This document shows positions 25,764 through 33,970 of a stretch of DNA of 33,970 bases, piece after piece; positions within the stretch are counted from its first letter, which is position 1; each line of letters opens with the position of its first letter. The notes below the pieces were generated by a model. The model was given only the letters and a program-made list of their open reading frames with translations. It made no database searches and had not been told where the DNA came from. Position numbers and translations under genes: made by a program. This DNA is from Candidatus Kuenenbacteria bacterium HGW-Kuenenbacteria-1. Lineage in GTDB: Bacteria > Patescibacteriota > Patescibacteriia > UBA2591 > PGYQ01. Location: positions 1 through 33,970 of the forward strand of contig PGYQ01000004.1 in NCBI GenBank assembly GCA_002839745.1, written 5' to 3'.

Positions 25764-26321
25764 TTAAAATTTTAAAACCACATTTTCTTTTTCTTCTTTA
25801 TTTTCGATTTCAAAGAAATTTTCAGTTTTAAAATTAAATATTGAAGCAATTATATTATTCGGAAAGATTTGAATTTTAGTATTAAAATCTCTCACATTGC
25901 CATTATAGAATCGGCGAGCGGCTTGAATTTTATTTTCTGTGTCAGAAAGTTCGTCTTGAAGTTTAGCGAAATTTTCACTGGCTCGAAGAGTAGGATAATT
26001 TTCTGCTACGGCAAATAAACTTTTTAAGGTATTACTTAACATATTTTCTGCTTCAGCTTTTTCGGTTATTCCTTGCGCTCCCATTGCCATGGTTCTTGCT
26101 TGGGTAACTTTTTCAAAAAGTTCTTTTTCATGAGTTGCATAACCTTTAACGGTTTCTACTAAATTAGGAATAAGATTATAGCGACGTTTTAATTGAATAT
26201 CAATATCGCTCCACGCTTCTTTGACTCGATTTCGAAAAATAATTAAAGAATTATATGCCCAAATTATCCAAAGAATAATAACGACAATAATTCCTAAAAC
26301 AATCCATGATATATTTTTCAT
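25764..26321 (-). CDS. lemA: LemA family protein
   Basis: An N-terminal TM segment, then [40 protein letters not shown] and [13 protein letters not shown], the characteristic LemA signature. Confidence 0.85.
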   Translation of the reverse strand: MKNISWIVLGIIVVIILWIIWAYNSLIIFRNRVKEAWSDIDIQLKRRYNLIPNLVETVKGYATHEKELFEKVTQARTMAMGAQGITEKAEAENMLSNTLKSLFAVAENYPTLRASENFAKLQDELSDTENKIQAARRFYNGNVRDFNTKIQIFPNNIIASIFNFKTENFFEIENKEEKENVVLKF

Positions 26322-26399
26322 ATTTTTTCCTTGTTCGCAAATGTATAAGTTTGATTTATTTGCGAATAAATTAAATTTAAATTAAGTTTAAAACTTTTT

Positions 26400-26651
26400 A
26401 TGAATAATAAAAAAAATGATAAAGAAAATTTTTTAACAACATTATCTTTGGCTTGGGAATTAGGATATTTAATTGCCTTGCCATTAATATTTTTTGCTTT
26501 GGTCGGACATTTTTTGGATAAATATTTTTTTACTTCGCCATGGTTGTTTCTTTTTGGAATTTTATTAGCCATTATAATTTCAGTGTATATTGTTTATAAA
26601 AAAACCATAAAGGTGATAAAATCAATAGAAAAAATAGAAATAAAAAAATAA
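26400..26651 (+). CDS. AtpZ/AtpI-like small membrane protein (putative F0F1-ATPase gene-1 family)
   Basis: 83 aa with two TM segments, in the pattern LAWELGYLIALPLIFFALVGHFLDKYF..SPWLFLFGILLAIIIS typical of the ATPase_gene1 family. The call rests on pattern recognition only. Confidence 0.4.
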   Translation: MNNKKNDKENFLTTLSLAWELGYLIALPLIFFALVGHFLDKYFFTSPWLFLFGILLAIIISVYIVYKKTIKVIKSIEKIEIKK

Positions 26652-26670
26652 AATTATTTTATTTTTTTAT

Positions 26671-26892
26671 TTAAAAAAGTATTTCAATTATTTTATTTTT
26701 TGAAACAAAACCAGAAAAAATTTTTATTGAAGATTGAGAAACATTGAAATATTTAGCTAAAAGTTTAATAATTGCTTTATTTGCTTTTCCTTTTTCTATT
26801 AGCTTTGTTGTTGAAACAATAAAATTATTTTCATCAACTTTTTTTACTTCATTTTTTTTTGCCATTGGCTTTGCTTTAACAAAAATTTTCAT
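26671..26892 (-). CDS. DUF167 (YggU-like) protein
   Basis: KAKPMAKKNEV...GKANKAIIKLLAKYFNVSQSSIKIFSGFVSKNKIIEI matches the DUF167 pattern (GKAN...L...l.v......i..G..s..K.i.i). It lies 6 nt downstream of atpC. Confidence 0.5.
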   Translation of the reverse strand: MKIFVKAKPMAKKNEVKKVDENNFIVSTTKLIEKGKANKAIIKLLAKYFNVSQSSIKIFSGFVSKNKIIEILF

Positions 26893-26898
26893 AAAAAA

Positions 26899-27324
26899 TT
26901 AAAATCTTTTCTTTTTTGTTTGGTGTTTTTTGGCTATTTTAAGTCGCATTAAGGATTGGGCTAAAATTGCTTTTACATCCGCGATTTCCACATCTTCTCT
27001 TTTTTCTTCTAAAAGTTTTTCTGCTTTTTTTCTCGCTTCTTCAGCGCGAATTTCATCAATTTCTTCAGCTCTTTCTGCTGTGTCAGCTAAAATAATAATT
27101 TTGTTTTCTTTTTGGACTTCTAAAAATCCACCAGAAATCATTATGGAAAATTCATCAGATCCTTTTTTTAATTTTAATTCTCCAGCTGGCACTATAATGC
27201 TAATTAATGGAATATGATTAGGTAAAACAGTAATTTCCCCATCTTTTGTGGGGATTATAGCTGAGTCGATTTTATCTTTAAAAATTGTTTTAGAAGGAGT
27301 TGTAATTTCAAAATCAATTAACAT
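26899..27324 (-). CDS. atpC: F1 ATP synthase epsilon subunit
   Basis: An N-terminal beta-sandwich (ITTPSKTIFKDKIDSAIIPTKDGEITVLPNHIPLIS) plus a C-terminal helical hairpin (AERAEEIDEIRAEEARKKAE). It is downstream of atpD. Confidence 0.85.
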   Translation of the reverse strand: MLIDFEITTPSKTIFKDKIDSAIIPTKDGEITVLPNHIPLISIIVPAGELKLKKGSDEFSIMISGGFLEVQKENKIIILADTAERAEEIDEIRAEEARKKAEKLLEEKREDVEIADVKAILAQSLMRLKIAKKHQTKKKRF

Positions 27325-27411
27325 AAAACAAAAATCAAAATGTAAAATTAAAAAAACATTAAAATTATAAAATAAGTAACAAGTAAAAAGAATTAAATTT
27401 TATTTTTCATA

Positions 27412-28818
<1,407 letters not shown>

Positions 28819-28868
28819 TTATTTTACCAAATCTTGACAAAAAGGTAAAAAAATGCTAAGTTAATTTA

Positions 28869-29004
28869 AATTAATGCTGTTTTAAAATCTGTAGGCAAGA
28901 AAGCATAAAGCTTAATCAAGGGATTAAATTGGTTAATTCTCCTTTTCCTTTTCAATCCTTTGATTTTTTTCTTTTGTCTACAGATTTTAGATCGGCATTT
29001 TTTT
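28869..29004 (+). ncRNA. Candidate structured small RNA (unassigned family)
   Basis: A + strand promoter: TTGACA (28834-28839), a 17-nt spacer ending TGC, then TAAGTT (28857-28862). Nested stems 28883-28900/28971-28989 and 28914-28925/28954-28965 include G-T pairs that work only on the + strand. A T7 run lies at 28998-29004. Confidence 0.3.
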
Positions 29005-29005
29005 A

Positions 29006-30859
29006 TTATTCAACAGTTTTTCCTACTAAACAAACAGCGCCCCAGGGTTTGTAGTGACTTTTAAAGGTTTTACTTTTTTTTTCGCCATTAGGATAAATAA
29101 CAGTTTGTGTAAATTCTGCATCAGCGCCTTTGTGCGCAATTTCAATACATTTTTTATTTCCAGGTTTTAAATCTTCTGTTTCAATAATTTTAATTTTTGG
29201 CGAAGCAACAATATTATAAATTTTAGGTTTTGTTGTTTCAACTTTTCGTCCATCTTTAATTCCCCAAAATTCAAAAATTAAATTATCGCCTTCTATTTTA
29301 GCTTGAATCAAAATGTAATTTACAGAATCATTTTTGAATTTTAAATCTGGATGAGGATTATAAATAGCTGCATCTGTACCAGCTGGTTCATAATATTGAA
29401 CGCGATAAGAATGCGGGCGTCTTTCTAAAATTGGAAGTCCGGCATTTAAAGCAGCTCTGAATAATGTTGTTCCTATTTGGCACAATCCTCCTCCATATTC
29501 TTTGGTTGTTTTGTTGCCTTTAATAACCAATTCTTGTAAATAGCCAGTTTTTCCATTTATTGCTCCTAAAGTTTTAACAGTTGAAAATTCTTCCCCGGGT
29601 TTAATTAATAAACCATTTAATGTTATTATTGCTGTTTTAATATTTTGTCGTCGATTTTTTGGACTTCCTTTAAAGTTAGATTTTCCTATGCCAATTATTT
29701 CTTTGATGCCTAAATTATTAGCATTTTCTGTAGTAATTTCAGGTTCTACTTCATCAACAATTAGTTCAATTGCTTTATTTTTTCTAAAAGCAATTTCTTT
29801 ATTTATTTTTTGATAACTTTCTTTTTTATTTAATTTTCTCCCTTTTTTACTTATTTGAAATTCAGAAATTTTTTCTTTGTCAGTTATTTGTTTGTCTATT
29901 AGTTCGGGCGGATTAATTTTAAATTTAGCATTTTGCGCTTCTTGATTTATTTCTGTTTCAATTATTTTTAATTTTTTTTCTATTTTTTCTTGATTAAATC
30001 CAATAATAATTTCTTCTTGATATTCTTCTAAATCTTTAAATTGATTGGGTTGAAATTCTAGCCATTCTTTACCTTCGTCTTTATTTATTTCCCATTTTTT
30101 ATTTTCATAATTTAAAGTAATGGGGAATAAATTAATAATTTCTTGAGCAATAGGAATAAGTGTTTCAATTTGCTTTTTGTTTATTTTAGGATTTTCGATG
30201 ATTAAAGTCAAGTCAATTGGTTGAATATCTAAAGATTTTAAATTTTGTTCCAATTCTTCCATTGCTTTTTGATAATCAAAAATATAGCCTTCCTCCTCTT
30301 TAATAGTTGCTATTTGATAATTTTTATTAATTTCGAAGTCAGCATTTTTAGGAGATTTTTCTAATGATTGAAAATTATCTTTTAAAATTTTAATTAATTC
30401 TTCTTTTTTTAAATCATATTTTATTTTTACTTGATAACCATAAAAAAAAGCATTTATTTGTTCTTTGATAAAATTTTTTTGATGATTTCTGCCTATTTGA
30501 AAAGCTTGTTTAATTGTATTTTCTGAATCAATCTCTAAAAGATTATATGATAAATCTGGATCAGTTAAACCTATTGTGAAGGTATCAATTTTAACAGTTT
30601 TATCTTTCCAAATAAAAACAAATCCTTTTTGATTAATTTGTTCTACTTTTTCTTTTAAAAGAATTGTTGCTTGTTCTTGAGTTTTTCCAGATAAATTTAA
30701 ATTTCCTATTTTTATTCCTGGATAAATTTTTTGATTATAATATCCTTCAAAAATTCCTATAGAAATAAGTAAAAAAAAAATTACCCCTCCGAATATCCAA
30801 ACAAAAGGGCTAATTTTTTTTTGTTTTTTTTTAAGAAAATTTATTTTCATAAAGAACAT
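29006..30859 (-). CDS. VanW family protein (N-terminal TM anchor)
   Basis: The C-terminal VanW domain has the motif GGGLCQIGTTLFRAALNAGLPILERRPHSYRVQYY. The N-terminus has a single TM segment. Confidence 0.8.
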   Translation of the reverse strand: MFFMKINFLKKKQKKISPFVWIFGGVIFFLLISIGIFEGYYNQKIYPGIKIGNLNLSGKTQEQATILLKEKVEQINQKGFVFIWKDKTVKIDTFTIGLTDPDLSYNLLEIDSENTIKQAFQIGRNHQKNFIKEQINAFFYGYQVKIKYDLKKEELIKILKDNFQSLEKSPKNADFEINKNYQIATIKEEEGYIFDYQKAMEELEQNLKSLDIQPIDLTLIIENPKINKKQIETLIPIAQEIINLFPITLNYENKKWEINKDEGKEWLEFQPNQFKDLEEYQEEIIIGFNQEKIEKKLKIIETEINQEAQNAKFKINPPELIDKQITDKEKISEFQISKKGRKLNKKESYQKINKEIAFRKNKAIELIVDEVEPEITTENANNLGIKEIIGIGKSNFKGSPKNRRQNIKTAIITLNGLLIKPGEEFSTVKTLGAINGKTGYLQELVIKGNKTTKEYGGGLCQIGTTLFRAALNAGLPILERRPHSYRVQYYEPAGTDAAIYNPHPDLKFKNDSVNYILIQAKIEGDNLIFEFWGIKDGRKVETTKPKIYNIVASPKIKIIETEDLKPGNKKCIEIAHKGADAEFTQTVIYPNGEKKSKTFKSHYKPWGAVCLVGKTVE

Positions 30860-30888
30860 GACTTGTTGAAGACAGTCTTCAACAAGTC
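30860..30888 (-). promoter_or_regulatory. Perfect 13-bp hairpin abutting the VanW start codon, downstream of hsp20
   Basis: gacttgttgaaga-cag-tcttcaacaagtc. On the minus strand it lies between the hsp20 stop (30900) and the VanW ATG (30859). Confidence 0.4.
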
Positions 30889-30899
30889 AATCTTTTATT

Positions 30900-31349
30900 C
30901 TATTTTGCTTGGACTTTTATATTAATAGATTTTGATTTTGTTGCTTTTGGTAAATTAATAATTAAAACGCCATTTTCTAATTCAGCTGAAATTTCTTCAG
31001 TTTTTACTTCAACTGGCAAAATAATGGAACGAGAAAAACTACCCCAATAACATTCTTGATAAAAAAAATTATCCTTATTAACGGTTTGTTCTTGATGTCG
31101 AGAACCACGAATAGTAATCATATCATTGTTAATAGAAATATCTATATCTTCGGGTTTAACACCAGCAATAGGCGATTTTATTATAATATTATCTTTGTCT
31201 TGATAAACGTCGACTGAAAGTTGTCCATCTTCTTCCAACCATTCTTCTTCTTGTGAAGATTTAACTGGTTGATTATCTTCTTTTGTTTCTTCTGTTTCGT
31301 CATTGTCATTATCGCCATTCTGTTGATTTGTTTGAAAAAGAAATTTCAT
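30900..31349 (-). CDS. Small heat-shock protein (Hsp20/alpha-crystallin family)
   Basis: Alpha-crystallin domain: LSVDVYQDKDNIIIKSPIAGVKPEDIDISINNDMITIRG...GSFSRSIILPVEV...ISAELENGVLIINLPK. AAGGAG sits 8 nt upstream of the ATG. Confidence 0.85.
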   Translation of the reverse strand: MKFLFQTNQQNGDNDNDETEETKEDNQPVKSSQEEEWLEEDGQLSVDVYQDKDNIIIKSPIAGVKPEDIDISINNDMITIRGSRHQEQTVNKDNFFYQECYWGSFSRSIILPVEVKTEEISAELENGVLIINLPKATKSKSINIKVQAK

Positions 31350-31365
31350 AATTCTTTCTCCTTTT

Positions 31366-31394
31366 TTAATCTGCGAAAAATTTTTGCAGATTAA
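31366..31394. promoter_or_regulatory. Perfect 9-N11-9 inverted repeat TTAATCTGC-N11-GCAGATTAA just upstream of the hsp20 SD
   Basis: Arms at 31366-31374 and 31386-31394. The architecture resembles heat-shock operators, but the sequence differs from CIRCE and HAIR. Confidence 0.4.
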
Positions 31395-31485
31395 TTAAAA
31401 AATAAAAATTTAATTAAAAAATTGAAATTTTTTATCTTGTTATTATTTGAATAATATATTAAAAAATATTTTTTAGCAATTATTT

Positions 31486-32376
31486 TTAAATCATTTTTCG
31501 TAAAGATTTGATGCGATCTTCAATTGGAGGGTGGGTAGAAAAAAGATTGCTTAAAAAGTTTTTCTTTTCTAAAAATGGATTTGTAAAATAAAGATGAGCG
31601 GTTGCGTGATTAGCTTTTTGTAAAGGTTGTTTGTAAAAAGAAATTTTTTCTAAAGCTGAAGCCAATCCTTCTGGATAACGAGTCAAAAGGGCGCCTGAAG
31701 CATCAGCTAAAAATTCTCTTTTTCTAGAAACAGCCAATTTTATTAATTCAGCAATAATAGGAGATAGAATAGCTAAAATTATTCCAATAACAACTAAAAT
31801 TAAACCAAGTTGATCATTTTTATCATTTCGGTTTCCTTTGCCAAACCAAAAAAAATGATGCAAAAGCCAATCTGATAAAAGCATAATAATTCCAACCAAA
31901 ACAATGGTAATTGTCATTAATAAAATATCATAATTTCGAATATGAGATAATTCATGAGCAATCACGCCTTCCAATTCTTCATTTTCTAACATTTCAACAA
32001 TTCCTGTGGTTAAAGCAATTGAAGCATGTTTAGGATTTCTACCACAAGCAAAAGCATTTGGTGCTGAATCTGGGATAAGATAAATTTTAGGTAAAGGTAA
32101 TCCAGCAGTGATGCATAAATTTTCTATCATTTGATAAACATAAGGATTATCTTTTTGTTCTATAGGTTTTGCGCCAGCCGTCCATAAGGCAACTTTATCC
32201 CCTTGAAAATAACTAAAAAGAGACATTGCAATAGAAAAAATAATAGCAATAATTAAGCCATTATAGCCATAATTTGTTATTTTTCCAAATACAAAACCCA
32301 AAGCAAGAATGATTATTATAAATAAAGTCATTATTAAAATAGATTTTTGTTTATTAGAAGTAATTTGATCGTACAT
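31486..32376 (-). CDS. htpX: Zinc metalloprotease HtpX (M48 family)
   Basis: Four TM segments, HELSHIRNYD (HExxH), a downstream EFLAD, and a C-terminal STHPPIEDRI. Confidence 0.9.
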   Translation of the reverse strand: MYDQITSNKQKSILIMTLFIIIILALGFVFGKITNYGYNGLIIAIIFSIAMSLFSYFQGDKVALWTAGAKPIEQKDNPYVYQMIENLCITAGLPLPKIYLIPDSAPNAFACGRNPKHASIALTTGIVEMLENEELEGVIAHELSHIRNYDILLMTITIVLVGIIMLLSDWLLHHFFWFGKGNRNDKNDQLGLILVVIGIILAILSPIIAELIKLAVSRKREFLADASGALLTRYPEGLASALEKISFYKQPLQKANHATAHLYFTNPFLEKKNFLSNLFSTHPPIEDRIKSLRKMI

Positions 32377-32468
32377 AAAAAATGTAAATTAAAAAAATAA
32401 AGTTAATTCAATTTTAATAAATTTTTAAAATTTGTCCATATAATAAATATTTAGTATAATAAGTCCAT

Positions 32469-33170
32469 ATGAAATTTAAATCAAAAATTGCCATTATTAG
32501 TTTTACATCTTTTAATGGATGCCAAAAAGAAATACTAACTTTAGGAAAGAAATTTTTAAATAATTTAAATATAGAAATTAAAAAATTTCCTTTGATTAAA
32601 AAAGAAAAAGATGTTAAAAAATATGATATTATTTTTATTAAAGGTAGTCCAGCAACTAAAGAAGAGTTAAAAGAATTAAAAAGCATTAGAAAAAAAACAA
32701 AATTTTTAGTTGCCTTGGGCGCTTGCGCGTGTTTACACGGTGTTTCTAAAATAACAATAAAAAATATTTGTCAATTTGTGAAAAGAAATGATAAATTAGA
32801 AATTAAACCATTAAGAGATTGTATTAAAATAGATTTTGAATTACCAGGTTGCCCTGTTAATAAAAATGAATTTTATTGGGTTGTTTGTCAGCTCTTATCT
32901 GATAAAATTCCAAAAATTTCTCAAACACCCGTTTGTTATGAGTGTCAATTAAAAGAAAATGAATGTTTACTTCAAAAAGGTTTAATTTGTTTGGGTCCTT
33001 TAATTTTAGGTGGATGTGAGGCAGTTTGTTTAAAATTTAATTTATTATGCGATGGTTGTCGTGGTTTATTAAAAGATCCAAAAATAGAAAATTATATTGG
33101 AGTTCTTGAAAAATATGGAATTAATAAAAAAGAATTTGAAAAAAGTTTAGAAAAATTTAATTTAAAATAA
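32469..33170 (+). CDS. Group-3 (sulfhydrogenase-delta-like) NiFe-hydrogenase small-subunit homologue, orphan
   Basis: The motif series runs FTSFNGCQ (family: TSC-x-GCQ), GACACLHGV and LPGCP. It continues with PVCYECQLKENECLLQKGLICLGPLILGGCEAVC...LCDGCRG. This matches the Oxidored_q6 plus C-terminal FeS-cluster layout of cytoplasmic hydrogenase small/delta subunits, as recalled from memory. Confidence 0.6.
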   Translation: MKFKSKIAIISFTSFNGCQKEILTLGKKFLNNLNIEIKKFPLIKKEKDVKKYDIIFIKGSPATKEELKELKSIRKKTKFLVALGACACLHGVSKITIKNICQFVKRNDKLEIKPLRDCIKIDFELPGCPVNKNEFYWVVCQLLSDKIPKISQTPVCYECQLKENECLLQKGLICLGPLILGGCEAVCLKFNLLCDGCRGLLKDPKIENYIGVLEKYGINKKEFEKSLEKFNLK

Positions 33171-33181
33171 AATGATATTTT

Positions 33182-33862
33182 ATGATAGTTTTAAAAAATG
33201 TTACAAAAGCATATTCTCAAAATTTAACGGCTTTAAAAAATATTAATTTACAAATAAAGCCGGGAGAGTTTGTTTCTATAATTGGACAAAGTGGTGCTGG
33301 AAAAACAACTTTGGTTAAACTTTTAATTGCCGAAGAAAAAGCCGATGAAGGGGAAATAATTATAGGCGGGTGGGATATTACAAATATTTCTGATCAAGAA
33401 ATTCCAACTTTGAGAAGACAAATTGGAGTTGTTTTTCAAAATTTTGAACTATTGCCCAAAAAAACTGTTTTTGAAAATGTTGCTTTTGCCTTGGAAGTAA
33501 TTGGAACTTCTTATCAAAAAATAAAAAAAATTGTTCCTCAAGTTTTAAAAATTGTTGGATTAGAAGAAAAAGCAAATTATTTTCCTGAATATCTTTCTGG
33601 AGGAGAAAAACAACGAGTTGTAATAGCTAGAAGTCTTTCTCATTGCCCTAAACTTTTAATTGCTGATGAACCAACAGGTAACTTAGATTCTATTAATGCT
33701 CAAGAAATTATTAATTTACTTTTAAAAATTAATAATTTTAAAACAACAGTGGTTTTGGTGACGCATAATAGAGAAATAGTAAATGTTTTAAAAAAAAGAG
33801 TAATAACTTTAGATCGTGGTATAATTATTAGTGATCAAGATAAAGGAAGATATGTAATATAA
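33182..33862 (+). CDS. ftsE: Cell-division ABC transporter ATP-binding protein FtsE
   Basis: Walker A GQSGAGKTT, signature LSGGEKQR, and Walker B LLIADEPTGNLD. The 226-aa size and overall pattern are typical of FtsE. Confidence 0.85.
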   Translation: MIVLKNVTKAYSQNLTALKNINLQIKPGEFVSIIGQSGAGKTTLVKLLIAEEKADEGEIIIGGWDITNISDQEIPTLRRQIGVVFQNFELLPKKTVFENVAFALEVIGTSYQKIKKIVPQVLKIVGLEEKANYFPEYLSGGEKQRVVIARSLSHCPKLLIADEPTGNLDSINAQEIINLLLKINNFKTTVVLVTHNREIVNVLKKRVITLDRGIIISDQDKGRYVI

Positions 33863-33970
33863 GTTAAAAGTTAAATAGTACTATATAGTACTCATAGTAT
33901 ATAATGGTTAAATATATTTATCAAAATATATTGCATTAATTTTTTAACTATTAAACTCTATGAGTAAAAA

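Noticed and set aside
26318-26572. 84-aa minus-strand ORF between lemA and the AtpZ-like gene.
   Set aside because: It overlaps lemA by 4 nt and is antisense to the better-supported two-TM AtpZ-like ORF (26400-26651). It has no recognisable motifs.
32414-32686. 90-aa minus-strand ORF.
   Set aside because: It is antisense to the motif-rich hydrogenase small-subunit homologue and is low-complexity F/L/I/K sequence.
33960-33970. ATG at 33960 as a possible ftsX start following ftsE.
   Set aside because: Only 11 nt remain in the window, so this cannot be supported.

Overview
AT-rich bacterial chromosomal window, roughly 28-30% GC by eye. It has short intergenic gaps, almost no Shine-Dalgarno sequences and K/I/N-rich proteins. 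Gene content and style fit a small-genome Patescibacteria/CPR-like organism; that taxonomic call is inference only.

Core content, positions 7.8-34 kb:
- A type IV pilus alignment operon (pilM, pilN-like, pilO-like, FN3 lipoprotein), then yidC, tRNA-Asn(GTT), a putative oriC and dnaA.
- An APH-like kinase, a PHP phosphoesterase, PEP synthase and dnaE.
- A GT1 glycosyltransferase, a coiled-coil M23 peptidase and lemA.
- An isolated atpD-atpC pair with an AtpZ-like gene and a DUF167 gene.
- VanW, hsp20, htpX, an orphan group-3 NiFe-hydrogenase small-subunit homologue and ftsE.

The left 7.8 kb is accessory:
- A 5'-truncated giant repeat surface protein containing six near-identical Asp-box units.
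- An IS256-family element, plus an extra 52-bp inverted copy of its own left end 450 bp downstream.
- Three copies of a hairpin/promoter module.
- A two-gene secreted-protein operon at about 45-55% GC that is clearly foreign in composition, has real SD sites, and is bracketed by 45-bp direct repeats.
- GC-rich REP-like hairpins.
- A RelE-type toxin-antitoxin pair whose toxin is frameshifted in an A8 run.

The most interesting signal is the cassette-like order R3-cargo-R4 | R3-cargo-R4 across 4913-7686. R4 is a portable promoter module and R3 a palindromic hairpin module, and no recombinase is visible in the window.

All protein calls come from motif recognition by eye. No database search was run.
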